From positions 261,826,001-261,890,000 of the forward strand of contig OZ024743.1 in NCBI GenBank assembly GCA_964016885.1: a stretch of DNA of 64,000 nucleotides, in the 5' to 3' direction. Every line of letters starts with the position of its first letter. The first letter of the stretch is position 1. The stretch is from Eledone cirrhosa. Its lineage: Eukaryota. The notes beneath the pieces are model-generated. The model ran no database searches and was not told where the DNA came from. It was given only the letters and a program-made list of their open reading frames with translations. A program made the translations under genes and the position numbers. Of this stretch, positions 51,382 through 64,000 are shown piece after piece.

Positions 51382-54300
51382 TCATATATATAGTGTCTTG
51401 CAAAGCTTTTTGGGCCAATGTACTCGGCGACCACTACGTGTGGTGGTGACATGTGTAGGTGGAGAAGGTGTGTGCAATGTTGCATGTGTAGCCTGTGTTG
51501 GCTGATGCACAGTATATGTAGGGGGAATATGGGGCTCTTGTGTGAGAGTGTCTGTAAAGGCCCGTTTCACCCTATCGATGGATACAGTCTCTTTTTTACC
51601 ACCAATGTCAAGAGTGAACAGTTTATCTGTGCGTGCAAGCACATGATAAGGACCGGTATAAGACGACGCGAGAGGAGCTCTCACGGCGTCCTTCCGTAGA
51701 AAGACGTGGGTCCACGAAGCAATGTCTTTCGGGACCGAAGACTTTATTGTCTGTTGCCAAGGGTTCATAGGCGGAAGATTGTCAAAATAAGATCGCAGTC
51801 TGTTCACATACAGAGCTGGATCTGTTTCAGGTAAATCCATTGGGGTCAACATCTGACCTGGCAAAGATATAGGTACTCCGTAAACCAGTTCAGCTGGGGA
51901 CTATCCTAGATCCTCCTTGATAGCTGCGAAGGACAGCCAAGAAGGACAATTGGTACATACTCGCTTCATTGCTGTTGATCCGGATAAGCGCGCAATGCGG
52001 CTTTCAATTGGCGGTGGAAGCACTCTATCATTCCGTTCGAAGCTGGATGATAGCTAGTCGTTCGGATGTGCTTAATTCCTAGGATCCTTGAAAGTTCTCG
52101 GAAGAGATGGGACTCAAACTATCCACCACGGTCCGTGGTGACAGTGGTTGGAACTCCGTAACGCAATATCCAACCCGATACTAGGGCTAGCGCTACAGAT
52201 TCCGCCGAAATGTCACTTAAAGGAATGGCTTCAGGCCAACGTGTGAAACGATCAATACAAGTCAGGAAATAGGTAAATCCTTGGCTGACTGGCCATGGTC
52301 CAACGAGATCTATATGGACATGACTGAACCGAGCGTCTGGAGTGCTGAAAGTTCCAAGGGGTGCGTGGCTGTGTTTGTGCACCTTTGACTTCTGGCAGGA
52401 CAAGCAGCAACGTGTCCAAGGCAGTGATGTCACGCCTCATATTCGGCTAGAGGTGAATCCGTAGAGGTGTCATAAATAATCTGTGTGTCCGAAGTGGGCA
52501 CAGGTTGATATGAAAATTTGCCAGTTGCAAATTCAGGAGACGAAAGATCCAAGGTCTCCAGGGGTGGCTGTTCTGTGGCCATCCGTTGAAGGTCAATAGC
52601 CGAAAGTGATGACAGGGAATTGATTGGGAGGCGAGACAAGGCATCTGCCGCCGCATTCTGCTCACCGGAGATGTGTTGGATATCGCTGGTAAATTGCGAA
52701 ACGAAGTCCAAATGATGAGTTTCGCGAGGTGAATATTTGTCCAGCTTAGAACGCAGTGCGAACGTAAGCGGATGATGATCAGTGTAGATCGCAAATTGAC
52801 GACCCTCCAGTGAATGCCGAAAGTGTTTCACTGCGAGGTACATAGCCAGGAGTTCATGGCCGAACGTGCTACATCGTGTTTCTGCAGGTTTCAGTTGTCT
52901 CGAGAAGTACGCGAGAGGTTGTAATTGTTGTTGGTGATGCTGTTGCAAAACTGCACCTACAGCTGTGCCCGATGCATCAACGACCAGTGAAAACTGGGCA
53001 CCAGACACCGGATGTTCAAGTAACGATGACTCCGCAAGTTTCTGCTTCACTTCGTTGAAGGTTTTTAGCTGACTCGTGTCCAGTGTGATGGATTCATTTT
53101 TCCTTTTCCTGTTACGTAACAGGTCAGACAGAGGAGACAGGAGATCCGCACAGTGTGGGATAAAACGTCTGTAGTAGTTAAGCAGACCAAGGAAATGTTG
53201 TAGCTGTCGAAGTGAAGTGGGTGGGTGAAGGTCTTGCAGAGGTTTCACTTTGTCAGGCAGTGGTGAGATTCCCTCTGGGCTGATAACGTGGCTCAAGAAG
53301 ACAAGTGAAGACGCACCGAAAACACATTTTGCCAGGTTGATTCGCACTTGATACTGCTGAAACCGCTCAAACAGTAGACGGAGGTGAGGGACATGTTCCT
53401 CGGGTGAGGCACTTGCCACGAGAATGTCATCAATGTAGTTATACATGAAGTCCAAATCGCGCACAACTTCATCCATGAAACGATGGAAAGTACTGGCTGC
53501 GTTTCGCAAACCGGAAGGCATAGTCAGAAATTCAAACGCTCCGAAAGGAGTTGTTACGGCAGTTTTAGGTATATCTGCCGGGTTCATTGGAATCTGGTGG
53601 TAAGCCTTGACCAAATCCAATTTGGAGAATGTCTTAAATCTATGAAGCGAAGACGCAAAATCTTGTATGTGTGGGATCGGGTAGCGATCGGGTACCATCA
53701 TCGCGTTTAACTGGCGAAACCCCAGTGGGACGCCAATCACCAGAACGCAAAGGAGCGGCCCACGGACTTGAGGATGGGCGTATGATCCCCAGCTGTAGCT
53801 GTAGCATGTGGTTAAATTCAGCCTTTGCTGCTTTCAATTTCTCCGCAGGGAGGCGGCGAGGGCGAGAAAATACAGGAGCGCCAGAAGTTTCGATATAATG
53901 TTTTGTGGAGTGAGTAGGCTTGCTCACCACAAAATTCAAATTTGTCAATTCCGGGAAGGAATTTAGAAGCGACTGGAAAAAGTCCTCGGAAGCGGTGATG
54001 AAGAATACCGGGCTGATAGATGAGACAGTAGATTTCAAACCCGGAACGGAGAGTTCCGTCTTAGCATCCACCAACCGGCGTCTGCGCATATCCACTAAGA
54101 GGTTATAGTGGTGCAGGAAATCCGAGCCTAGAATAGGGTAAGGCAAATCAGCGACCGTGAAAATCCACGTGAAGTCTCTTCGCAATTCCAGGTTCAAAGA
54201 ACGAGAAATTTGACCATACGTGGAGATAGGAGAATGATATACGGCTTGCAGAGAAATGGATGAAACTGGCGGCTTCTCTTTGAGAAGTTTTAGCGGCCAT

Positions 54301-54400
54301 ATGCTGCAAGCAGCACCTGTATCCACAAGACATCGAGCTTGGGAAAACGTTTCAGTTATAAAGAAAGCACGATTATTTGGGAGCATCAGAGGAGACTGTG
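51382..54400 (-). pseudogene. Gypsy pol (protease, RT, RNase H, integrase) with frameshifts, stops and a deletion
   Basis: LVDTGA; [14 protein letters not shown]; VDAS, YTDH; [21 protein letters not shown]; YTGPY. Confidence 0.93.
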
Positions 54401-54662
54401 CCGTGCTCAGGTCTCCTGAAATCCGTTTCTCTGGATGGAAAACGAACAGGGCTGGTTACAAGAGCGTGCCGCCACGCCAAAATGGCTGTGGTAGTAGCTC
54501 AGTCCTGGCTTGCTTGTGTGGCGAGGGCCAGCGACTCTGGAAGCGACGTCTGGGCGATTGAGCCCTGGATGTACTCAATTTTCTCACCTCTTTGGTGAGT
54601 TGCTCTATGGCTTGAAGTATTGCCACAGACGCAAGTGAGTGATCAGTGTGGAAGGCAGCTGC

Positions 54663-55172
54663 TGGAGAGAACGAAGAGACCGCAGCCGGTGGCTGAGGTG
54701 CAACGAAGGAGGCTGGAGAGAACGAAGAGACCGCAGCCGGTGGCTGAGGTGCAACGAAGGAGGCTGGAGAGAACGAAGAGACCGCAGCCGGTGGCTGAGG
54801 TGCAACGAAGGAGGCAGGAGAGAACGAAGAGACCGCAGCCGGTGGCTGAGGTGCAACGAAGGAGGCAGGAGAGAACGAAGAGACCGCAGCCGGTGGCTGA
54901 GGTGCAACGAAGGAGGCAGGAGAGAACGAAGAGACCGCAGCCGGTGGCTGAGGTGCAACGAAGGAGGCAGGAGAGAACGAAGAGACCGCAGCCGGTGGCT
55001 GAGGTGCAACGAAGGAGGCAGGAGAGAACGAAGAGACCGCAGCCGGTGGCTGAGGTGCAACGAAGGAGGCAGGAGAGAACGAAGAGACCGCAGCCGGTGG
55101 CTGAGGTGCAACGAAGGAGGCTGGAGAGAACGAAGAGACCACAGCCGGTGGCTGAGGTGCAACGAAGGAGGC
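54663..55172 (-). repeat. 10 x 51-bp in-frame tandem repeat inside gag
   Basis: (ASFVAPQPPAAVSSFSP)x10; units nearly identical. Confidence 0.95.
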
Positions 55173-55659
55173 AAGGTTTCCAGTGATTCTTCTAATTTTG
55201 TCGGCCAAAGCCGCTAGCTGGTCGACTGTGGTAGTCTCCATCATAGGCGCTAACATCGCCTGAACACCGGGCGGCAGAGAGGAAAATGTTAAGAATAAAA
55301 AAACATTTTTCTTATATTTTTCAAAAAGGCGTTGCCTTTAAATCAAAATGGTTGGCAAACAAACGCTGAAGACGTATAATGGCCATTCGTAATGCTCCAG
55401 GAAGATTTATGTGCAAAATACAAATTTTGAGACGCAGTGAAAAAAAAAAATTATAACGCACGATGGAATAATTTACCGATAATTTTTTTTTTTTTTTTTT
55501 TGTGTGTCGATACAAAATGTGTTTGTGCATGCAGGCAAATGATAAATATAATGATAACGAAATAATTGTTCTAAACAACAAAACGTTCAGTTTTTTTTCT
55601 TCTTTGTGACAGCGTTCTTTCTTTCTCTCATATTTGTTGTAATAAAAATGCTTGTTTGT

Positions 55660-55677
55660 ATCACGTCGGGGTCACCA
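55660..55677 (-). promoter_or_regulatory. Primer-binding site complementary to the tRNA-Trp 3' end
   Basis: TGGTGACCCCGACGTGAT, 2 nt from the 5' LTR. Confidence 0.88.
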
Positions 55678-55679
55678 TT

Positions 55680-56052
55680 TATAATGAAGAATGTAAGTCG
55701 TTATAGTTGTTAGTAAGGTTAGATCAGAAGGCATTAAATAGACAAACTCCATTATAAGTATGTACTTCATTTATTCTTGCTTCACACTGTGAAAGTCATT
55801 TTGCCTGTATTTCCATGTGTGAGATATGACAGGATATGGCGTGTCAAAGAATCGACGTCTTGACGATAGCAGGTTTATTTGGAGACTGATCTTCTGACTT
55901 AACTTCCGTTCTCTGGTCTAATAGTCCAGTTACTTGTATCGCTACGCCGAAGGTTTTGATTGGCTCACACTTCAGCCAATTTACTTCCGTAACATTTTTC
56001 TTCCGCTGAAGGAAAATACATTTAATTACAAACGATACATATTACTGCTACA
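55680..56052 (-). repeat. 5' LTR
   Basis: TGTAGCAG...CATTATA on the - strand; ~10 substitutions relative to the 3' LTR. Confidence 0.93.
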
Positions 56053-57570
56053 GGCCCCCTTGTTCACTTCTGATTATTTTATTAGTTTGCAATACTGAAC
56101 TACTCCAAAGGCCCGAAGGGGATGTCATTAAACAGCTCCAGTTTCTCTTCTTTAAGACTAAGCCTTCAAGTGTGTTTTTCATCAACTTTGTCATATTTTA
56201 GGGAAATTATTTTTGATTAACAATAGACTTTCAAGAATGTCTGCTTTGCCATGTGGGAATGGGTAGGATGAAACATTTTAAAGCTCGATGTTCTTCTGGT
56301 CACCAACCCATTCAATCATCTCTTATGACTAAATATAATGTACCTATTCTAAAAACTAGGACACACATGAATTACTTTTGTTTTCTTTTGTTTTCTTATA
56401 CATTTTATGCACTTGGGGTGCATCAATGTAGTCTTTGGGATGTCAGAGATCAGTAAATTTAAGGGGAAAATACTCATGGGGAAATTCCCCTTTTCTGTTG
56501 GGTTGTGCAGGGAAATGAATCTGGTCTGAATTTAACCGATTGAAATTGTTGTTTTTTTAATTAATTATTTTCTTATTTATTTCTATTTAAAAAAGAAAAA
56601 AAAAATGGTTTGCTCCTCTCTTTAACATCATTTATAGTTAAAGTGCCAACAGAATGTCAATGAGACTCCTGTCAACAGACTGTCAATTTGGTCTCATGAG
56701 ACTCTTAAAGAAGAAACAGTTTCATGTATTATTGATGCTTGAAATGTAGTCATCCTAACACAGATCAATGTAACAGTAGTCAATCACTACAAATAATTAT
56801 TGAAAAAAAGTCAAGTAAGGTGGACAAAGATAATTGTTCCCTTTTTTCCTTCTCTGGGAGTACTTTACCTGCTTTTTTCAACTATTATTTGTTGTGACTG
56901 ACTGATGTAATAATCATCTATGTTGGAACGACTACATTTCAAATTTCAAATTTTCTCAATGATTCTTAAGCCAACAGGATATTATGAATGTTTTTTATAT
57001 TGATGTACAAGTGTCTCTTTCATTATCTAATTGTTTTTTGTTTTTGTTGGTGTTGTAAAGCCCCAGAAATTTCTGTATGGACGAGACTGTGACATAGGAA
57101 GTAAGGGGAGACATTGCTGTTGTTGTTATTGCCACCCTAAATACCTTTCCCTTCTGTATTCTGAATTCAAATTTCACCAGAATCAATTTAACTTTTCATC
57201 ACTCTGGGGGTTGATGAAATTAAGTACCAATTATGTACTGGAGATCAATTCAATCAACTATATGACTACCCTCCCCTTTAAATTTCTGGTTCAAATGTCA
57301 CTACCATCATCATCACCACCACCACAATTGTCAACAACATCATCAGTATCATCATCACCATCACCATTATCACTAGCATCATCGTTGTCATTATCATCAC
57401 TATTATCACTACCATCATTGGCATCATCATCATCACTATCATCATCATTACTATCATTATACTGCTTATGGTAATATCTGTGTCACTTTGAAGACCGTCC
57501 AGCTGCAATATCTAACATGTAACATTTCCTCTCTTGCTGTTGCCACATTGCCTGCTGGGCCTTTCTAAAG

Positions 57571-57683
57571 ATCCCAGTTCATTGTCCCAACGTTCAACAA
57601 TTGAAAGAGAACAAATTGAAGAAGATATGAATGTGTTGAACCAAATCTCGGATCTTTCAAACAGACTAAACTGTTCTAGACAG
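57571..57683 (+). CDS. ARHGEF17: RhoGEF ARHGEF17-like, coding exon H
   Basis: ctaaag|..|gtaaga, 113 nt, phase 1/0; PSSLSQRSTIEREQIEEDMNVLNQISDLSNRLNCSRQ. Confidence 0.8.
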
Positions 57684-58153
57684 GTAAGACACTTATTCTA
57701 TTTCTTCTTTATATTTTATAACGAGTGGACCAGTGCCATTAATAATGATGATAACAGTATCAAACTTGCCCTTTTCTGTTGGAGTCCAGGATTATCATGT
57801 CATATATACCAGGGTTACTGGATATATGAACAATCATTCAAACTGGGAAATTTCCTATTTAATTAAATAATGATAGCAATAGCATTGGATACATTTAATT
57901 TTTGGAGACCAGGATTAGGATGTCATATATACCAATATTTCTAGATATAAGAACAATCATATAAACTAGGAAATTTGTGTTCTGATAAATGAATGGTCTA
58001 CATAAGAGAAGCCCTATAGTTTATAATGATTACTGACACATGGAAGTGATTAATGATAATGATATTTTAATCATTTATTTCTAAGATATAATGACATAAA
58101 TGTTTAGCATATATGTACAAATGAAATACAGGATTAAATGTTTATGTAACTTT

Positions 58154-58399
58154 GGAGAAACAGTTATTTACAGAACCCAAGACCTTGTGATTGGAAAGTG
58201 AACTTTTTATCATAGCAACATGACTGATATAGGAAATAAATATATATATTTGTCTGTAACTCTTTAAAATTTATACACAGCCACATATACACAATGTATT
58301 TCCTATATCAGTCATGTTGCTATAAAAAAAAGGTCACTTTCCAATCACAAGGTCTTGGGTTCTGAGCCTAAATCTCTCTCTGTAAATAACTGTTTCTTC
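58154..58399. repeat. Inverted repeat (~85-bp arms, ~58-bp spacer)
   Basis: CAGAACCCAAGACCTTGTGATTGGAAAGTGA..CATGACTGATATAGGAAATA and its reverse complement; short insertion in the right arm. Confidence 0.88.
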
Positions 58400-58497
58400 A
58401 CCCCCCACTCTCAAGCGTGAAACTAATATTAACATTTTGTACTGCCTCTTTGTCTCCTCTCTCATGGTTGAATCTTGATGTTCTCTGTATATTTCAG

Positions 58498-58613
58498 AGT
58501 TTAGAAGAATCCATCAAAGACCTCACCTCTAGTTTAAACAAACAACTCAATGAACAGCAGAACCGAATTCATTCTGCTGATGCTAACAAGTTAGAGCTAC
58601 AGATCACTACACA
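58498..58613 (+). CDS. ARHGEF17: RhoGEF ARHGEF17-like, coding exon I
   Basis: tttcag|..|gtatgt, 116 nt, phase 0/2; SLEESIKDLTSSLNKQLNEQQ..KLELQITT. Confidence 0.85.
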
Positions 58614-58879
58614 GTATGTATACAGTTATCTTTCAGTTATACACTTGTTATTGAGCTCCATATAAACCCTGGGTTAACCTATGATAAAAATAATTTTAAT
58701 TGTGAACATGCTGTCTTTTATTCAGACATAATGTATGTAAGACTGCATTATCTAATGAGTCCCTTTTTTGTAAGGTGTGAATTGAGGATGATTTGGTATA
58801 CTTCACAAGCTGAGTGACTGCGTAGAGGTTTACATCTCAGCCAGTTATATAGTAAATAGATTACACACATACAGAATCC

Positions 58880-59185
58880 ACCCTGACAGATGGTAATGCT
58901 GGTGCCACAACAAAAAGCATCCAGTTCACTCTGTAAAGTGGTTATACTGGTGCCACAACTAAAAGCATCCAGTCCATCCTCTAAGGTGGTAGATATGAGG
59001 GCCAAAATAAAAGATCCCAGTATATGCTGTGAAGAGGTTGGCATTAGGAAGAGCATTCCGCTGTAGAAAACCCAACCAAAAGTGGAAAGTATCAGTAAGA
59101 CAGGATCACTTGTCTGGCACCATAATGTAACATCCAGTCCAACCCATGCAAGTATGGACAATAGACATTAAACAGTGATGATGAT
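58880..59185 (+). mobile_element. Short element with tandem 5' modules and an RTE-type tail
   Basis: GGTGCCACAAC..AAAAGCATCCAG x2-3, TTGGCATTAGGAAGAGCAT, CCAACCCATGCAAG..(TGA)n. Confidence 0.65.
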
Positions 59186-59485
59186 ATAATTTTTTCGACA
59201 ACATAGACTGGTATATTTTGTACAGGTTACAAACATTACCTGATACACACCTCTATATGTAGTGTAGAGTGAAATAATTATTAATTTATCACAAGTAACT
59301 GCTACTTTTTGATATAGAATAAACCTGTTAGAACATTGAATTAAATGCAGCAATTGTTCTGGCTTACTCCTCTCTCTGTCTCTCTCTCTCTCTATACTTT
59401 ATATATTCTCTCTATGTATACTCTATATATACTCTTTATTCTTTATATATACACTTTCTCTATGTATACTCATTATTTATACTCT

Positions 59486-62400
59486 ATTATTATTAAATAA
59501 TTATTCTAGAACCTTCCTGCATCTCGCTCCCTAACTTTGTAAACACTTTGCTCCTTCTCTCATACCCCCCCCCCCACCTGATCGCAAGTATAAAATAAAT
59601 CTTGCTGGTTCCCAAGGACAGAATTTATCTATCTAATCTATCTTACAGGCAATCTGTCGATTTTGAGAATGTAAGCAATACTTGTCTTTTCTTTTATCCG
59701 TAGTCTTCTCAATAAGCAGTGTTTTAAACTCTTATTTATGCCAGTCTAAAATTCAAATTCTCCGTTTTCCTCTCTGATTTTCAATTATTATTTTACATGT
59801 TTTTAATATGTCTCAATCTGTTGGACCCTTCCTAAAAACTAACCTTCTCCTAAAGTTACCCATTTCCCGCCCGCCTCCACTCACCACCATTGCTATATGG
59901 TCCAATCATAACTCAGCGGCTTTAGTAAGTTCTCTAACAAATCAGTATAGCAAAGCTACCACCTCCGTTACTACTCCTTAAGTTTAGACCTGTTTGATGG
60001 GTTGATTGCGGAAATTTGAAAAGTCTAAGCACTCAATGACAATGTCACAGATAAAGATAAATTCACCTCCCGTTGCAAGACGAGAATACAAGGACCCCTC
60101 TTTATTTCAGACATGGATGACCAACAAAATTCTGTCTTCCACACCCCTCCCTGCCCCTCTAACCCATCCATTCCACCCTTCCAACTTCAGAGTTGGTACC
60201 ATGAACATAGGTACATTGAAAGGTCGCTCAAATGAGGTTGTAGAGATGCTTGAACGTAAAGAAGTTGATCTTTGTTGTATTCAAGAGACTAGGTGGAGGG
60301 GGGGGGGGGGTCTGCCAGATTCATTGTGGGTAAAAAACGATGCTATAAACTTTTCTGGGTGGGAAATGACAACGGACTGGGTGGAGTAGGAATTATGTTA
60401 GCTGAAAAATGGGAAGATAAGGTAATTGACGTAAATAGAGTGAATGACAGAATAATTCTAAATAGACTAGTTCTAAATAGAACTACTGTGACATTAATAT
60501 CTGCTTATGCACCCCAATCTGGTCTACCTGATGTTATAAAGGACAGGTTCTATGAGATGCTAATGCACACTACCTCCCAAATAACCGACAGTGACTACTT
60601 AATTATTGCTGGCGATCTAAACGGTCACGTTGGACAACATAGTGATGGCTATGATGGAATCCATGGAGGCTATGGGGTTGGAAATAGAAATGAGGAGGGC
60701 TTCAGAATCCTGGAATTCTGTGGCGCAAATAGCCTAACTATCTGTAACACAAACTTCAAAAAATGTGAAAACCACTTGATCACCTATAGATCAGGGGAAC
60801 ACGCCAGCCAGATAGATTATATCCTTACTAGAAGACGGGACAAAGTGTCTGTTGTAAACACTAAATCCCTCCTCCGTGAAGAATGCACCTCCCAACATAG
60901 CCTAGTAGTTAGTGACCTCATAGTCAGGAATAGACTACTCGACGACAGAAGAGGCCTACCTTGAGGAGAAGCATATGGAAGTTGAAGGACCCCATAGCCA
61001 GTGACAAATTTAAAAGCTTATTACTTGATGCTTTTGACAATAAGGAAGAGCAATTAGAGACGTGCGATATAGAGGAACAGTGGCAATTCTTGAAAGTGAA
61101 CCTGCTGATAGCAACGGATGAAGTCTGTGGCTGGAGCAGACCTATTGGCAGGAGGAGAGTAACTTGGTGGTGGAACAGTAAGGTGGAATAGACAACCAAG
61201 GCCAAAAAGCAGGCTTGGAAAGTATGGCAGGATGGGAGAAGTAGAGAGCACTATCAAGCGGCCAGGAGAGAAGCTAGGAGACAAGTGTACCTTGCAAAAA
61301 GGGTAGCAGAGGATAGAAAGTTCAAGCATGTTCTACAACGTGAGGACTAAAAACATGAGGTGTTCAGGATTGCTAGACAATATGTCAAGGAAAACCGTGA
61401 TATTGTCGGGGAGAAGTGTGTCCGTAATGATAACGGTGTACTTGCGTTCACTGATACTGATAAGAAGATAGCCTGGAAGTGTCACTATGAGAGACTATTA
61501 AATGAGGAGAATAAATGTGAAAAAGATAGTCTGCCCCAAATCGATCCAATAGAAGGACCAGCGGTGCAAGTTAAAGGTAGTATAATAAGTAAGGCAATCA
61601 AAAATATGAAGACAGGCAAGGCAGCTGGGCCTTCAGAGATAGTTGCTGAGATGTTGAAGGCATCTGGTATGGTGGGACACACTACTGTCACCCGTATAGT
61701 TAACCAAGTAATACAGAATGGGGTCATACCGAAAGACTGGCGTAGCAGCATCATCATTAACTGCTACAAGGGTAAAGGGGATACTCTAGATAGGGGAAAC
61801 TATAGAGACATTAAGTTAGTTGACCAGGTCATGAAGGTCACAAAAAGAGTTATAGCGCAACTAATCAGAGAGCGAATTGATCTAGATGAAATGCAGTTTG
61901 GGTTTGTGTCAGGTAAAAGTACCACAGATGCTCTTTTCCTTGTACGACAACTACAAGAGAAGTACCTAGCTAAAAGTAAATCCCTCTACTTAGCTTTTGT
62001 AGACCTGGAGAAAGCCTTTGACAGAGTCCCCCGCTCCATTATCTGGTGGACTCTTAGAAAAGTAGGTGTAGATGAATGGCTTGTGAGAGCTATACAAGCC
62101 ATGTATAATGAAACAGTCAGTAAGGTTAGAATTAACAATGAATATTGTAAATAATTTAGTGTAAACGTTGGTGTTCATCAAGCCTCTGTCCTTAGCCTCC
62201 TCCTATTTATTATTGCCCTTCAGGCTATAACAGGAGTTCAAGACCGGCTGCCCATGAGAACTCCTATACGCAGATGATCTAACGCTCATAGCTGAATCTA
62301 TGGCTGAACGAGAGAAGAAATTCGAAATATGGAAGCATGGCCTAGAATCAAAAGGCCTTAAAGTTAACTTGTCTAAGACTAAAGTTCTAGTTTGTAGAAA

Positions 62401-63613
62401 GGAAAATAGGGCACAGGTGCCCTCAGGGAAATGGCCATGCTCAGTGTGTAGGAAAGGAGTAAGCAGAAATTCCATTTTATGTCCCAAATGCAAAGTATGG
62501 GTACATAAAAGATGTAGTGGGATCACAGGTAAACTATCTAAGAACGTAGATTTTATATGTGGCCAATGCTCGGGTGCAATAAGTAGCAAGTGTCCACAGG
62601 ATACTAGCTCCTTCTATTGCCCAGATGGTTCTATAGAAATAGTAGACACTTTCCGTTACCTGGGTGACGAAATCAGCAGTGGAGGAGGGTGTTCTGAAAG
62701 TACAGTAGCCAGAATCAGAACAGGATGGAAAAAGTTCAGAGAGCTTATACCACTATTGGCCACAAAAGGTTTCTCTCTAAAAATGAAAGGCAGATTGTAT
62801 GATGCTTGTATACGAACAGCAATGCTACATGGCAGTGAGACATGGGCATTACGTGCAGAGGACCTGTGCAGACTGGAAAGGAACGAAGCATGCATGCTCC
62901 GTTGGATGTGTAATAGTAATATACGTGAACGGCAAAGCATAAATGAGCTAAGTGAGAAATTAGGAATAAGAGGATCAGATGCTGTTTACTTGAGAGAAGA
63001 CTATGTTGGTATGGCCACGTGATGCGCATGAAAGACGACAGCTGTATAAAAAAGTGCAGGGCGATCAAAATTGATGGTAGTTACGGAGTAGGTAAACCCA
63101 GAAAAACCTGGGACGATCTAATAAATTCCGACCTTACACACTTGCATTTCTCTAAGACAATGTCATTGGACCAAGATCTTTGGCACTACGCAGTAATACA
63201 GAAGACCCGCCTTGCCTATGTACAAAGCGAAACCTACAGTCAGTAGGCACCTCTTAACCAAATATACACCACAATCCATTACCCCTACCCCATCCTCCCA
63301 CCAACACCACCCTCTCTCTGTAAAGTTGGTACCACAACATCCAGTCCAAATAAATGAGATCGAGATTGTGTAGGTGTCATGACAAAAAACACAGTCCACG
63401 CTGTGTAGGTAACACGATAAAAAGTTCCCAGTTCCACACTGTAAATGTGGTTGGTGTTAGGAAGGGCATCCAGCCGTAGAAAACCTGCCAGATAGTCCTA
63501 TATGAGCGAGACATGGTCACCTGGCCAACCTTGACTCAAATTGGAGCAACTCCCGTCTAACCCATGCTAGCGTGGAAAATGGACGTTAAACGAAGATGAT
63601 GATGATGATGATG
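59486..63613 (+). mobile_element. Full-length but disrupted RTE LINE
   Basis: Collinear with the intact copy over EN, RT and finger; several frameshifts and stops; (GAT)n tail; candidate TSD ATTTATACTCT at 59475-59485 and 63614-63624. Confidence 0.93.
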
Positions 63614-63633
63614 ATTTATACTCTTTCTATATA

Positions 63634-63669
<36 letters not shown>

Positions 63670-63729
63670 ATATATATATATTCTCTTTAAATATTTTCTC
63701 TATTTATACTCTGTTCTATATATACCTTA

Positions 63730-63950
63730 TCAAGGTCAAATTTACCTTTTATCCTTTCGAGGTTGATAAGAAAAGTACCAGTCTAGTCTTAGGGTCGATT
63801 CTTCCACTATATTTCTTTCTCTCTTTCACTTTCTATCCTTCTCTGGAAGAAATCGTGTTCAGACCTGGAAAGGGATGGGCTCTGCTAGGGTTAAAATGCT
63901 CTAGAAATGCTGTGTAGAAATGCCACTATAGTGCCTGTACAACTCCATCA
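63730..63950 (+). mobile_element. 5'-truncated tRNA-type SINE, long-tail subfamily
   Basis: ATCCTTTCGAGGTTGATAAGAAAAGTACCAGTCTAG core and tail shared with 5860-6153. Confidence 0.65.
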
Positions 63951-64000
63951 AGAATTACAGGACCATGCATGCATATATACCCTATATTTAATAATACTCT

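Larger units (their letters stand above)
50785..56052 (-). mobile_element. Ty3/Gypsy LTR retrotransposon, decayed, with both LTRs
   Basis: Direct repeats 50785-51131 and 55680-56052; PBS; gag-PR-RT-RH-IN order on the - strand. Confidence 0.95.

Noticed and set aside
54605-55217. Arg/Glu-rich repeat proteins in alternative frames
   Set aside because: By-products of the stop-free 51-bp repeat in gag
55660-55677. tRNA-Trp gene
   Set aside because: Only the 3' 18 nt including CCA are present, next to an LTR; it is a primer-binding site
57300-57460. Ser-rich or Met-rich ORFs
   Set aside because: Degenerate (CAT/CAC)n repeat forming a SINE tail

Overview
AT-rich, microsatellite-dense animal DNA; the repeat landscape suggests an octopus/cephalopod genome (inference). 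The window lies inside one + strand gene: nine spliced coding exons (5138-58613) with GT-AG sites and consistent phases encode the DH-PH region of an ARHGEF17-like Rho GEF, whose start and end are outside the window. The introns are filled with mobile DNA: one intact full-length RTE LINE (APE endonuclease, RT and an embedded C4HC3 PHD-type finger) plus several decayed copies, a decayed Ty3/Gypsy LTR element with a tRNA-Trp primer site and an abnormal ~28-bp target duplication, two kinds of Penelope-like element, several hammerhead-ribozyme-like motifs (some in fold-back palindromes), a Tc1/mariner remnant, TTAA-, TA- and hAT-type MITEs, tRNA-type SINEs, a 38-bp minisatellite split by a LINE, and a 2.1-kb (TA)-based array. 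All comparisons were made by eye with no searches, so boundaries of old repeats are approximate.
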